Shown: in pieces, positions 30,089 to 39,680 of the stretch | Position numbering within the stretch: the stretch's first letter is position 1 | How the letters are laid out: every line of letters starts with the position of its first letter | Source: Candidatus Krumholzibacteriia bacterium | Lineage (GTDB): Bacteria > Krumholzibacteriota > Krumholzibacteriia > LZORAL124-64-63 | Length of the DNA stretch: 64,000 nucleotides | Assembly (NCBI GenBank): GCA_046484865.1 | Contig: JAWOID010000104.1 | Span: 11,037-75,036, forward strand | Direction of reading: 5' to 3' | The notes under the pieces: generated by a model | Databases searched by the model: none | Seen by the model: only the letters and a program-made list of their open reading frames with translations | Told to the model about the DNA's origin: nothing | Position numbers and translations under genes: made by a program

Positions 30089-33000
30089 ATGCCCGACGAC
30101 CTCAAGCCCGAGGACCTCGAGCTCGAAGGCCCCGAGGCCGACGAGCGTCAGTCCGACGACCGCGCATCCGCCGGTCGCGAACCGGCCGACCAAACGCTGT
30201 ATCCGCCCCTGGCGCGCAAGATGCACGATGCGGAGTCCGAGCGGCGCATCAACCGCTTCTGGAAGGAACACGACACCTTCCGCCGGAGCATCCAGCAGCG
30301 CGAAGGTGCGCCCGACTTCGTCTTCTACGAGGGACCGCCCACGGCCAACGGCAAGCCGGGCGTGCACCACGTCATCTCGCGCGTGTGCAAGGACATCGTC
30401 TGCCGCTACAAGACCATGACCGGGCACCGCGTGCTGCGCAAGGCGGGCTGGGATACGCACGGGCTGCCGGTGGAAAGGTCGGTCGAGAAGGAGCTCGGCA
30501 TCCAGGGCGCCCAGGCCATCCGCGAGTACGGGCTGGAGCAGTTCAACGCCCGCGCCCGGACGAGCGTCTGGACCTGCAAGCAGGACTGGGACGACTTCAC
30601 CGAGCTGCTCGGCTACTGGGTGGACCTGGACGATCCGTACATCACCTACACCGACGACTACATCGAGACCGTCTGGTGGATCCTGGCGCGCTTCCACGCC
30701 GAGGGCCTGCTGTACCGCGGCCACAAGGTGGTGCCGTTCTGCCCGGTCTGCTCCACGCCGCTGTCGAGTCACGAGATGGCCAACAGCTATCGCACGGTGA
30801 GCGACCCCAGCATCTACGTGAAGCTCGCCGCCACGGAACCGGGGCCCCACGGCCCCGAGTCGTTCGTGACCTGGACCACCACGCCCTGGACGCTGCCCTC
30901 GAATGTGGCGCTCGCCGTGGGCCCCGACTTCGACTACGTGCGGGTGCGCAGGGGCGGCGGCGGCGCGGGCGGCGGTGAGGGCGGTGGCGCGGACGGGGGT
31001 GCGGGCGACGGCGCGGGCGGCGGAGTGTCCGAGGTGCTGATCCTGGCGGAGGCCCGCCTGGAGGCGGCGCTGGGCACCGACGAGCCGCTGGAGATCCTCG
31101 AGCGGCTCAAGGGACGCGACCTGCTCGGCCGGCGCTACCGGCAGCTCTTCCCCTTCTGCCGGCCGGACGAGGGGCGCCGGGCCTTCGAGGTGGTGGCGGG
31201 CGACTTTGTCACCCTCGATACCGGCTCGGGCATCGTGCACATGGCGCCGGCCTTCGGCGAGGACGACTTCGCCGTCGGCGAGCGCGAGAACCTGGCCTTC
31301 TTCGAGCCGGTGGACCCGAACGGCGCCTTCACCGCCGAGGTGCCGCCGTACGAGGGTTTGCACGTGAAGAAGGCGGACCCGCGCATCGTCCGCGATCTGC
31401 GCGAGCAGGGCCACCTGCTGCGCGAGGCCACCCACACCCACGAGTACCCGTACCACGACCGCTGCGGCAACCCGCTCATCTACTACGCCACGCCCAGCTG
31501 GTTCATCCGCACCACGGCCCTGCGCGACCGGCTGCTGGAGGCCAACCGTCACATCCGCTGGGTGCCGCCGGAGGTGGGGACGGGTCGCTTCGGCAACTGG
31601 CTGGAGGGGAACGTCGACTGGTCCCTCAGCCGCAATCGCTTCTGGGGGACGCCCCTGAACGTCTGGACCTGCGACGCCTGCGAGCAGCTGCATCTGCCCA
31701 CCTGCCGCGCGGACCTCACCGACCTCACCGGCACGGACCAGAGCCGTCTGGACCTGCACCGGCCGCACGTGGACAGCGTCACCTTCCCCTGCGTCCATGA
31801 GGGATGTTCCGGCACCATGCGCCGCACGCCCGAGGTGATCGACTGCTGGTTCGACTCGGGCAGCATGCCGTTCGCGCAGTATCATTACCCGTTCGAGAAC
31901 CGGGAGCTGTTCGAGAGCCAGTTCCCCGCCGACTTCATCAGCGAGGGCGTGGACCAGACCCGCGGCTGGTTCTACACCATGCTCGTCATCTCCACCTTCC
32001 TGTTCGGGCGCAGCAGCTACCGGAGCTGCCTCGTGAACGAGCTGATCCTGGACAAGAAGGGCAAGAAGATGTCCAAGAGCGTGGGCAACACCGTGAATCC
32101 GGTGGAGATCATGGCGAAGGGGGGCGCCGACCCGCTGCGGTGGTACATGGTCACCGCCAGTCCGGTCTGGACGCCGCTGAAGTTCGACGACGACGGCGTG
32201 GCGGAGGCCCAGCGCAAGCTGCTGGCCACCCTGGAGAACACCTATGCGTTCTTCGCGCTCTACGCCAACATCGACGGCTTCCGTCCGGGCGAGGATGGAC
32301 CGGCCGAGCCGGACCTGCTCGACCGCTGGATCGTCAGCCGCCTGCAGACAGTGACCGCATCGGTGCGCACGGACCTGGAGGACCTGAATCTCACCCGCGC
32401 GGGCAAGACGCTGGGCGCCTTCGTGCTGGACGACGTCAGCAACTGGTACGTGCGGCTCGCCCGCCGGCGCTTCTGGCATGGCGAGATGACGGCGGACAAG
32501 CGCAGCGCTTTCCGGACCCTGCACACGGTGCTCGAGAGCACGGTGCGCCTGCTGGCGCCGTTCGTGCCGTTCACCGCCGAGGAGATCTTCCGCGGCCTGC
32601 GGGCGCACGCCGACGGCGATGCATCGGTGCACCTGGCCGACTACCCGGCGGCCGCGGCGTCGCTGCAGGATGCGGATCTCGAACGGGCGATGGCGGTGGC
32701 CCAGGACGTGGTGGGAGTGGGGCGCAGCCTGCGTCAGGACGCGCGCCTGCGCACCCGTCAGCCGCTGGGCAGGCTGCTGCTGCACGCCGAGGACGACCGG
32801 GTGGAGCGCCTGCTGGCGGACGGTCGCCTGGTGGGGTACGTGGCGAGCGAGCTGAACGTCAAGGACGTGGCGGCGGTCTCCGACCCGGCCGACGTGGCCC
32901 GCATCACCGCCAAGGCGAACTACCGCGCGCTGGGCCCTCGCTTCGGCAAGGGTGCGCCGGCGGCGGCCCGGCGTATCGAGGCCATGACCCCCGACGAGAT

Positions 33001-33421
33001 CGCCGGCCTGCGCCGCGCCGGCCGGATCACGCTGCGGGTGGACGGTGAGCCGGTCGAGTTCGGGTTCGAGGAGATCCAGGTGCGGCAGGAGGGCATCGCC
33101 CCCTGCGTGGCGGCAGGCCACGCCGGCTTGACCGTGGCCCTGGACACCAGCCTCAGCGACGAACTGCTGGCGGAGGGGATGGCGCGGGAGATCATCAATC
33201 GCGTGCAGAACCTGCGCAAGAAGAGCGGGCTCGAGGTCAGCGACCGCATCGTCCTGAACGTGCACGGCGGAGAGCCGGTGCAGCAAGTCCTCGCGCGGCA
33301 CGGTGAGCGCATCGCCGCCGAGACGCTGGCCGTGCGGCTGGCGGAAGACGGCTCGCTGCCCCACGTGGATGCGTTCGAGATCGATGGCACGGAGGTCCGG
33401 ATCGCTCTCGGTCGCGCCTGA
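30089..33421 (+). CDS. ileS: Isoleucine--tRNA ligase, type 2
   Basis: FYEGPPTANGKPGVHH, GWDTHGLPVE, WTTTPWTLPSN, DWSLSRNRFWGTP, EGVDQTRGWFY, KMSKS; type-2 C-terminus EGMAREIINRVQNLRK. The start could be 30026, 30047 or 30089. Confidence 0.96.
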   Translation: MPDDLKPEDLELEGPEADERQSDDRASAGREPADQTLYPPLARKMHDAESERRINRFWKEHDTFRRSIQQREGAPDFVFYEGPPTANGKPGVHHVISRVCKDIVCRYKTMTGHRVLRKAGWDTHGLPVERSVEKELGIQGAQAIREYGLEQFNARARTSVWTCKQDWDDFTELLGYWVDLDDPYITYTDDYIETVWWILARFHAEGLLYRGHKVVPFCPVCSTPLSSHEMANSYRTVSDPSIYVKLAATEPGPHGPESFVTWTTTPWTLPSNVALAVGPDFDYVRVRRGGGGAGGGEGGGADGGAGDGAGGGVSEVLILAEARLEAALGTDEPLEILERLKGRDLLGRRYRQLFPFCRPDEGRRAFEVVAGDFVTLDTGSGIVHMAPAFGEDDFAVGERENLAFFEPVDPNGAFTAEVPPYEGLHVKKADPRIVRDLREQGHLLREATHTHEYPYHDRCGNPLIYYATPSWFIRTTALRDRLLEANRHIRWVPPEVGTGRFGNWLEGNVDWSLSRNRFWGTPLNVWTCDACEQLHLPTCRADLTDLTGTDQSRLDLHRPHVDSVTFPCVHEGCSGTMRRTPEVIDCWFDSGSMPFAQYHYPFENRELFESQFPADFISEGVDQTRGWFYTMLVISTFLFGRSSYRSCLVNELILDKKGKKMSKSVGNTVNPVEIMAKGGADPLRWYMVTASPVWTPLKFDDDGVAEAQRKLLATLENTYAFFALYANIDGFRPGEDGPAEPDLLDRWIVSRLQTVTASVRTDLEDLNLTRAGKTLGAFVLDDVSNWYVRLARRRFWHGEMTADKRSAFRTLHTVLESTVRLLAPFVPFTAEEIFRGLRAHADGDASVHLADYPAAAASLQDADLERAMAVAQDVVGVGRSLRQDARLRTRQPLGRLLLHAEDDRVERLLADGRLVGYVASELNVKDVAAVSDPADVARITAKANYRALGPRFGKGAPAAARRIEAMTPDEIAGLRRAGRITLRVDGEPVEFGFEEIQVRQEGIAPCVAAGHAGLTVALDTSLSDELLAEGMAREIINRVQNLRKKSGLEVSDRIVLNVHGGEPVQQVLARHGERIAAETLAVRLAEDGSLPHVDAFEIDGTEVRIALGRA

Positions 33422-33453
33422 GGCCCGGTCCGGCAACCGATGAAGGGGAGAGC

Positions 33454-33828
33454 ATGCGCAAGACCGACCTGCAGCGTTTCCGCAAGCTGCTGATGGCCGA
33501 GAAGGAGCGCGTGATGCGCTCCCTGGCGCAGGCCGAGAAGGCCATCATGCACGCCGACGGCGGCACCGCGGACACGCCGCGGCTCCACTCCAATCACCTG
33601 GCTGACCAGGGCACCGACGAGTTCGATCTCGAGAAGACCATCCGCGTGGCTGCGTCGGAGGGCCGCTACCTCTATCACATCGAGCAGGCGCTCGTACGCA
33701 TCGAGGACGGTTCTTACGGGAAGTGCGAGGAATGCGGCGTCAACATCGGCCTGGATCGCCTGCGGGCACTGCCCTATACCCGGCTCTGCATCGACTGCAA
33801 GGAGAAGGAAGAGGCGACCCCGCGGTGA
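33454..33828 (+). CDS. dksA: TraR/DksA C4-type zinc-finger protein
   Basis: NHLADQGTD, ALVRIEDGSYGKCEECG..I..RLRALPYTRLCIDC. Confidence 0.88.
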   Translation: MRKTDLQRFRKLLMAEKERVMRSLAQAEKAIMHADGGTADTPRLHSNHLADQGTDEFDLEKTIRVAASEGRYLYHIEQALVRIEDGSYGKCEECGVNIGLDRLRALPYTRLCIDCKEKEEATPR

Positions 33829-33905
33829 CCGGCGACGGCGACACGGTCCGCGTGGGCTACGGGGACGGCGACGAAGGTCCCGGCGATCGTCGCGACGGCG
33901 AGACG

Positions 33906-34460
33906 ATGGCGACGCCGGCGATGCATCCCGGCGAGGACGCCCGCCGCCGGGGCGGCCTGCCGCCGTGGCTGTGGGCCCCGTTCGTCCTGGCGCTCGATCT
34001 CGTCACCAAGCGGCTGGTGCTCGAGAACGTGGACACCCTGCGCGGCCGCGTGGAGGTGCTCGGCGACCTGGTGCGGTTCATCTACGTGCGCAACCCGGGC
34101 GCCGCGATGGGCCTGTTCCCGGTGGGGCGGTGGGTGCTGGTGGCGGTGAGCGTGGCCGCGGTGATCTTCCTGGTCCACCTGTACCTTCGCAGCAGCCCGG
34201 GCCATCGCCTGAGGCGGAGCGCCATCGCCGCCATCGTCGGCGGCGCCCTCGGCAACCTGGTGGACCGTCTCTTTTATGACGGTCTGGTGGTGGACTTCAT
34301 CGACGTCGGGATCGGGAGCGCCCGCTTCTACACCTTCAACGTGGCCGACATGGGGGTGACCATCGGCGGCGCGCTGCTGTTCCTGAGCCTGCTGCTGGAC
34401 GGCCGTGCGCGCGCCCCCGCCGGCGACGAGCGCGAACCCGGCGCCGAAGACCGTGGTTGA
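33906..34460 (+). CDS. lspA: Lipoprotein signal peptidase II
   Basis: DLVTK, RNPGAAMG, GGALGNLVDR, VVDFID, FNVAD. An alternative GTG start lies at 33825. Confidence 0.92.
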   Translation: MATPAMHPGEDARRRGGLPPWLWAPFVLALDLVTKRLVLENVDTLRGRVEVLGDLVRFIYVRNPGAAMGLFPVGRWVLVAVSVAAVIFLVHLYLRSSPGHRLRRSAIAAIVGGALGNLVDRLFYDGLVVDFIDVGIGSARFYTFNVADMGVTIGGALLFLSLLLDGRARAPAGDEREPGAEDRG

Positions 34461-35481
34461 CGGACGGGCCCCCGGGGGAGCCGGCGACGGCGAGCGAGCG
34501 AAGGGGACTCCGCAGCCGCCGGCGCCGCTGCGGCTGACGGCCGATCCGGAGGCCGCCGGCGAGCGTCTGGACGCCTACCTCGCCGCCCACGTCACCGATC
34601 TCTCGCGCACGCGCATCCAGGCCGCCCTCGCCGCGGGGCGCGTCCAGGTGGACGGCCGTGCGCGCCCCAAGAACCACCGCCTGCGCGGCGGCGAGCAGAT
34701 CGTGCTCGAGCCGCTGCCGCGCGCCGAGATGTCGGCGGTGCCGGAACGCATCCCGCTGGAGGTCGTTCACGAGGACGAGGTCATGCTGGTGGTGAACAAG
34801 CCAGCGGGCCTGGTCGTCCACCCTGCTCCCGGGCATGCCGGCGGCACGCTGGTGAACGCGCTCCTGCACCGCTACCCGCACCTGGGCGCGGCCGGATCCT
34901 CCCTGCGCCCGGGCATCGTGCACCGGCTCGACCGCGACACCAGCGGCCTGCTGGTGGTGGCGCTCACGGAGCAGGCTCATGCGCACCTCGCCGCCCAGCT
35001 ACGCCGCCGCACCCTCGGTCGCCGTTACCTGGCGCTCAGCTGGGGGCGCTGGCCGGCGGGCGCGGGCGAGCTGACCAGTTCGCTGGGGCGGCATCCGCGG
35101 CACCGGAAACGGATGGCGGTGGTGGTGCAAGGCGGCCGGGAGGCCCTCACCCGCTACCGTGTGGAGGAGGACTTCTCGTTCTGCCAGCTCTGCACCGTGG
35201 AACTGGGCACCGGACGGACCCACCAGATCCGGGTCCACTTCAGCCACCACGGCCATCCCGTGGTGGGCGATCCGACCTACGGCGACGATCGGCGGGCCCG
35301 CGGGGTGCCGGCCGTGGACCGGGCGCTGGCGGCCTGGGTCGTGCGGCGGGCGCAGCGGCAGCTCCTGCACGCGGCGGAACTGCGGCTCACGCATCCGGTC
35401 ACGGGCGAGCCGCGGGTATTCCAGGCGCCGCCGCCGCCGGACCTGGCCGAGATCCTGGCGGAGCTGCGGCGACGGCTCTGA
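34453..35481 (+). CDS. rluD: RluA/RluD-family pseudouridine synthase with S4 domain
   Basis: RLDAYLA..SRTRIQ, VVNKPAGLVVHP, GIVHRLDRDTSG, TGRTHQIRVH, LHAAEL. Confidence 0.92.
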   Translation: MVDGRAPGGAGDGERAKGTPQPPAPLRLTADPEAAGERLDAYLAAHVTDLSRTRIQAALAAGRVQVDGRARPKNHRLRGGEQIVLEPLPRAEMSAVPERIPLEVVHEDEVMLVVNKPAGLVVHPAPGHAGGTLVNALLHRYPHLGAAGSSLRPGIVHRLDRDTSGLLVVALTEQAHAHLAAQLRRRTLGRRYLALSWGRWPAGAGELTSSLGRHPRHRKRMAVVVQGGREALTRYRVEEDFSFCQLCTVELGTGRTHQIRVHFSHHGHPVVGDPTYGDDRRARGVPAVDRALAAWVVRRAQRQLLHAAELRLTHPVTGEPRVFQAPPPPDLAEILAELRRRL

Positions 35482-35590
35482 GGCCCTCGGCAGCGCATCG
35501 GACTGGACACGGGCGCCGGGCGATGCTTATCCTGCACTCCGGTTCGCCGGACGGAGATCGGCAGCGGCGGTGACGCACGGAAGAGGCGAA

Positions 35591-35929
35591 GTGAAGATCA
35601 AGGAACGCAAGCGCGATGGCGTGGCCATCCTGGAACTGAGCGGCAAGTTGATGGGCGGCCCCGACTCGGAAGCCTTCGACGAGACCTTGAAGACGCTGAT
35701 CCACGAGGGCGTCCGGAACTTCCTGGTGAGCATGGAACGTGTACGGTGGGTCAACAGCACCGGGCTGGGGATCCTGATCTCGGGGTACCAGACCGTGAAG
35801 AAGAGCGGGGGCGAGCTGAAACTGTTGAGGGTGTCCGACCGTATCGAGAACATCTTCATCGTCTCGAAGCTCTACACCGTCTTCGAGTCCTTCGACGATG
35901 AAGACGAGGCCTTGCGCAGCTTCTCCTGA
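35591..35929 (+). CDS. STAS domain anti-sigma-factor antagonist
   Basis: GTG after AGAGG; ILELSGKLMGG, WVNSTGLGILI (phospho-Ser motif), GGELKL, FDDEDEAL. Confidence 0.88.
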   Translation: MKIKERKRDGVAILELSGKLMGGPDSEAFDETLKTLIHEGVRNFLVSMERVRWVNSTGLGILISGYQTVKKSGGELKLLRVSDRIENIFIVSKLYTVFESFDDEDEALRSFS

Positions 35930-35955
35930 CCAACTTCCAACCCGGGCGGACGCCG

Positions 35956-36375
35956 TTGACGTCGCGAATCCACCTGAAGATCCCCAGCCAGATGATCTAC
36001 CTCGGCGTGCCCGACGCCGTCCTCCAGGAAGTGGGGGGCGACATCGACTGTCCCCAGGGAACGATCGACGAGCTCGGCACCGCGGTCATCGAGGCCTGCA
36101 CCAACGCCATGGAGCACGGCAACCGTCTGAACGAGGACCTCGCGATCGAGGTGTGGCTGGACCTGGAGGAGACCCGGATCGTCGTGACGGTCCTCGACGA
36201 GGGCACCGGGTTCGATCACGCCACCTGGCAGCCCCCCCAGGAGGTGATGCGCGAGCGCGGACGCGGCATCCTCATCATGCGCGAGTTCACCGACGAACTC
36301 CTGTATGGCCGCGCTCCCGACGGTCGGTTCCACGTCCGTCTGGTCAAGAACCTGCCGCAGGGCACCCAGGACTGA
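35956..36375 (+). CDS. RsbW-like anti-sigma factor (HATPase_c_2 Ser kinase)
   Basis: EACTNAMEHGN (N box), DEGTGFD (G1 box), RGRGILIM (G2 box). Confidence 0.88.
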   Translation: MTSRIHLKIPSQMIYLGVPDAVLQEVGGDIDCPQGTIDELGTAVIEACTNAMEHGNRLNEDLAIEVWLDLEETRIVVTVLDEGTGFDHATWQPPQEVMRERGRGILIMREFTDELLYGRAPDGRFHVRLVKNLPQGTQD

Positions 36376-36452
36376 GGCACCGCTGCTCGCGGCGTCCGGC
36401 GAGTGCGCCGGCGCCGCGATAGTCGCCCCCAACGGAGATCGATCGTCCCGCC

Positions 36453-36884
36453 ATGGCTCCCGTCCTCGGCATCGACTATGGAGTGCGTCGCATCGGCATC
36501 GCCGTCAGCGACCCCACCGACACCCTGGCCACCGCCGTCGGCACGCACCACGAGGGCCGCGACGGCTCGGTGCTCGCGCTTTTGCGCGGCCTGGTGGCCG
36601 AGCGCGGCGTCACCGAGGTGGTGGTGGGCTGGCCGCTGACCACCGGCGGCGAGGTGGGGGACATGGCCCGTCGCGCCGCGCGCTTCGCCGACCGGCTACG
36701 CGAGGAACTCGAGCTGCCGGTCGTCCTCGCCGACGAGCGCTTCTCCAGCGCCGAGGCTGCTGCCCGTCTGCGCGAGACGGGGCGCCGGCGCGCCCCGCGC
36801 GGTACCGTGGACGCCGCGGCCGCCGAGATCATCCTGCAGCAGCACCTCGACCAGCGCCGGGCCCGCGGCCCGGAGTCCTCGTGA
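36453..36884 (+). CDS. ruvX: RuvX/YqgF putative pre-16S rRNA nuclease
   Basis: LGIDYGVRRIGIAVSD, VVGWP, DERFSS, DAAAAEIILQ. Confidence 0.93.
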   Translation: MAPVLGIDYGVRRIGIAVSDPTDTLATAVGTHHEGRDGSVLALLRGLVAERGVTEVVVGWPLTTGGEVGDMARRAARFADRLREELELPVVLADERFSSAEAAARLRETGRRRAPRGTVDAAAAEIILQQHLDQRRARGPESS

Positions 36885-38020
36885 ACGCCGTGCGCACCCG
36901 GGTGCTGCGCGCCGCCGCCGCGGCGGGGCTGGCGGTGGTCGTCGCCCTGCTGGCGGTGGGCGTCTGGTCGTACCGCGCCTGGACGACCGGGCCGCGAGCG
37001 ACGCCCGGCAGCGCCGCCGTGTCGGTGCGGGTGGATCCCGGCGCCACGGTGGCGGCGGTGGCGGACACGCTCGGAGCCCGGGGGCTACTGCGCCATCCGC
37101 GGATCTTCCGCTGGGGTGCGCGCCTGACGGGTCAGGATCGCGATCTGCGCGCGGGGCTCTACGAACTGCCGCCGGACGCGTCGCCGCGCCGGCTGCTGGC
37201 GATCATGACGGCCGGGCAGACGGTGCCGGTGGTGATCACGCTGCCGGAAGGGATCGAGGTGCGCGACGCCGCCGCCCGGCTGAGCGGCCTGCTGGGGTTC
37301 GAGGCCGACACCTTTCTGGCCGCAGCCGACTCGCTGGCTGCCAGCGAACTGCGCCGGCGCGGCTGGATCGCGCCCGCCGCCGCCGCGCGGCTTGACAGCC
37401 TGGCGGCCGTGTCCGCCGGAGCGCCGGGGCCGCGACGCTTCCACTGGTCGGAGGGTTATCTCGCTCCCGATACCTATCACTTCGCCGAGGGGAGCACCGC
37501 ACGGGAGGTCGCCCGCACGCTGCTGTCGCTGCAGCTGGCGCGGCTCGACTCCGCTCTGGCGGTGCGGCCGGCCGACGGCGAGTTGCCGCCGCTCACGCCG
37601 CACGACCTGGTGACGCTGGGCTCGATCGTGGAGGCCGAATCGCGGCGGAGCGACGAGCGCGCCCGCGTGGCAGCCGTGTACGCCAACCGGCTGCGCGACG
37701 GCTGGAAGCTGGACGCCGATCCCACCGTGGCCTACTTCCTCGCCAAGCGCGGACAACGGCTGCTCCATGTCGACCTGGCCAGGACGTCGCCCTACAACAC
37801 CTACCGTACGGCCGGACTGCCGCCGGGCCCGATCGGCAATCCGGGGCTGCCGGCCCTGCTGGCCGCCGCGCGACCGGACACCACCTGCCGCGCCTACTTC
37901 TTCGTGTCGGACGGAGACGGCGGACACGTCTTCTCCCGCACCTGGGAGGAACACAGTGCGGCCGTCAAGGCCTACCGGCAGCGTCGCGATCGCCGCGACG
38001 AGGCCGGCGGCGCTCGTTGA
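36881..38020 (+). CDS. mltG: Endolytic transglycosylase MltG
   Basis: N-terminal TM helix, AGLYE, TLPEG, EGYLAPDTY, SIVEAE, LDADPTV, SPYNTY..GLPPGPIGNPG. Confidence 0.92.
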   Translation: MNAVRTRVLRAAAAAGLAVVVALLAVGVWSYRAWTTGPRATPGSAAVSVRVDPGATVAAVADTLGARGLLRHPRIFRWGARLTGQDRDLRAGLYELPPDASPRRLLAIMTAGQTVPVVITLPEGIEVRDAAARLSGLLGFEADTFLAAADSLAASELRRRGWIAPAAAARLDSLAAVSAGAPGPRRFHWSEGYLAPDTYHFAEGSTAREVARTLLSLQLARLDSALAVRPADGELPPLTPHDLVTLGSIVEAESRRSDERARVAAVYANRLRDGWKLDADPTVAYFLAKRGQRLLHVDLARTSPYNTYRTAGLPPGPIGNPGLPALLAAARPDTTCRAYFFVSDGDGGHVFSRTWEEHSAAVKAYRQRRDRRDEAGGAR

Positions 38021-38337
38021 CGGCGACGAGCGGAGACGGTATCGTGGTGCCCGCAGTCTCGACGAGATCCGCCGCCGCACCCGGGAGAGGCGTCGTGCCC
38101 AGATTCGGGATCGAACACGGCCTCCTTGTCGCCGCCCTGCTGGCCATCGTGGTCGGGTATCTGCTGCTGGCGGCGCAGCGCCTGTCCGCCGGCCCCCTGC
38201 TGCTGGTGCTAGGCTACTGCATCCTCTTTCCGACCTATCTCTGGCTCGCCTTCCGTCGCCATGCGAGCGAGGGCGGCCCTGAACCCCGCCGGCCGGACCG
38301 GCCAACCGGCGACACCCGCCGTGGGGTGGGCGAATAA
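38017..38337 (+). CDS. Small two-TM membrane protein (DUF3098-like); stop codon lies inside tRNA-Val
   Basis: LLVAALLAIVVGYLLL and GPLLLVLGYCILFP hydrophobic hairpin; TTG overlaps the mltG stop. Confidence 0.6.
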   Translation: MTATSGDGIVVPAVSTRSAAAPGRGVVPRFGIEHGLLVAALLAIVVGYLLLAAQRLSAGPLLLVLGYCILFPTYLWLAFRRHASEGGPEPRRPDRPTGDTRRGVGE

Positions 38338-38404
38338 CTCAGCTGGTCAGAGTACCTGCCTTACAAGCAGGAAGTCGCAGGTTCGAGCCCTGCTTCGCCC
38401 ACCA
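38328..38404 (+). tRNA. tRNA-Val(TAC)
   Basis: GGGCGAA/TTCGCCC acceptor stem, CCTGC-CTTACAA-GCAGG anticodon arm, GTTCGAGC T-loop, encoded CCA. Confidence 0.97.
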
Positions 38405-38611
38405 ACTCGTCGCCCCCTGCCACCGACGTTTCGGCTCTCGTCCACCTGGCGTCGCGGTAACCGGAGGATTTATAGCCGGTTACCGCCGTCGGGCGCCGTT
38501 TCCACTCGACGCGGTTCGAGAATGCCTCATGAGGAGCAAGAAATCCTGAATCCACACCAAGTGTTAACGGATGATTTGCAAACTCTTTCCGGGGTTGACG
38601 AAAAATGGGGG

Positions 38612-38638
38612 TTGCACGCCCCGGCGCGCTGTGATAAT
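38612..38638 (+). promoter_or_regulatory. Putative extended -10 promoter for the secreted-protein cluster
   Basis: TTGCAC followed by TGTGATAAT in an AT-richer intergenic region (the spacer is only 15 nt). Confidence 0.5.
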
Positions 38639-38759
38639 CTTCTGCGCGTCAAGTGATGGACGTTCGTGAGTGGGAAGGAGGGCTCGACCTAGTTGTCGTA
38701 ACGTGCTTCGCTTGGGTTAGCCACCCTCGCCGGAGAGTGCCTTTTGTGGAGGTGTCCTA

Positions 38760-39413
38760 ATGCTCAGGAAACTCATGGGTCTTGTGGTTTGCATCATGGT
38801 GATCAGCGCTGCGGCCGCGAGTGCGAATGTGCCGAGCCTGACCCTGTCGACGGCGACGACGGCCGCGGCCGGACCGGTCGCGCTCTTCAATCTGCCGAAC
38901 GGCACGGGCAACGCGTTCACCGCGGCGCGGGCCGCTCCTCCCTCGCCGGGTACCGCCGGTCCCATCGTCGACGCCACCGTCACTCTGACGCTGCTCGACG
39001 GCAACGGCGACCCGATCTCCAACTACCCGGGCGAGGATCTCTGGCTCGGCACGACGTCCAGCAACTTCTTCGCCTGCAACAACGGCACCATCGCCGACTT
39101 CAACACCAACGCGGCCGGCCAGACCGTGTGGGTGGATCCGATGCTCGCCGGCGGGTTCTCCCTGCCCGGTACGGATGTCACCAAGGTGTACGTGAACGGT
39201 GCCCCGCTGGCTGGCGCCGGCATGGCGATCTCGTTCAACAGCGCCGACATCTTCCCCGACGGTCGCGTGAACTCGTCGGACGTGGCGGCGTTCGCTGGCG
39301 ACTACTTCGCAGCCTACAACTTCCGCAGCGACATGTACTACGACGGCGTGGTCAACGCGTCCGACGTGGCGGCATTCGCGAACGGATTCGGCGCGGCTTG
39401 CCCGGGCCTGTAG
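38760..39413 (+). CDS. Secreted protein with C-terminal duplicated dockerin/EF-hand-like repeats
   Basis: GGAGG RBS; signal peptide ending in ASA; DIFPDGRVNSSDVAAFA and DMYYDGVVNASDVAAFA, 28 aa apart. Confidence 0.8.
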   Translation: MLRKLMGLVVCIMVISAAAASANVPSLTLSTATTAAAGPVALFNLPNGTGNAFTAARAAPPSPGTAGPIVDATVTLTLLDGNGDPISNYPGEDLWLGTTSSNFFACNNGTIADFNTNAAGQTVWVDPMLAGGFSLPGTDVTKVYVNGAPLAGAGMAISFNSADIFPDGRVNSSDVAAFAGDYFAAYNFRSDMYYDGVVNASDVAAFANGFGAACPGL

Positions 39414-39680
39414 GTCGACGGTAATTCGACGGGAGTCCGGTCCGGTTCCGGTGGCGCAAGTCGGCGGACGGGCCGGGTCCCACGGACCGCGAGGGCGCGC
39501 TGGCACTCTCTCTCTCGAACTCCCGGGCTCGTCCCCGGCGAGAGGGAACACAGGCCCGAGCGGACGATCAGATCTGGGCTCCCCGACCGGCGCAGGCGGC
39601 GGGGATTGGGCGACCGAGCCTCGCTCCGAGGCGCTCAGCACCGACATCACGGGACCTGCGCAACAATAGGAGTCATCAAC

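Noticed and set aside
23485..33436. Very long antisense ORFs (23485..27045, 29750..33436 and similar)
   Set aside because: They mirror well-supported genes on the opposite strand, have no recognisable motifs, and are expected in high-GC DNA.
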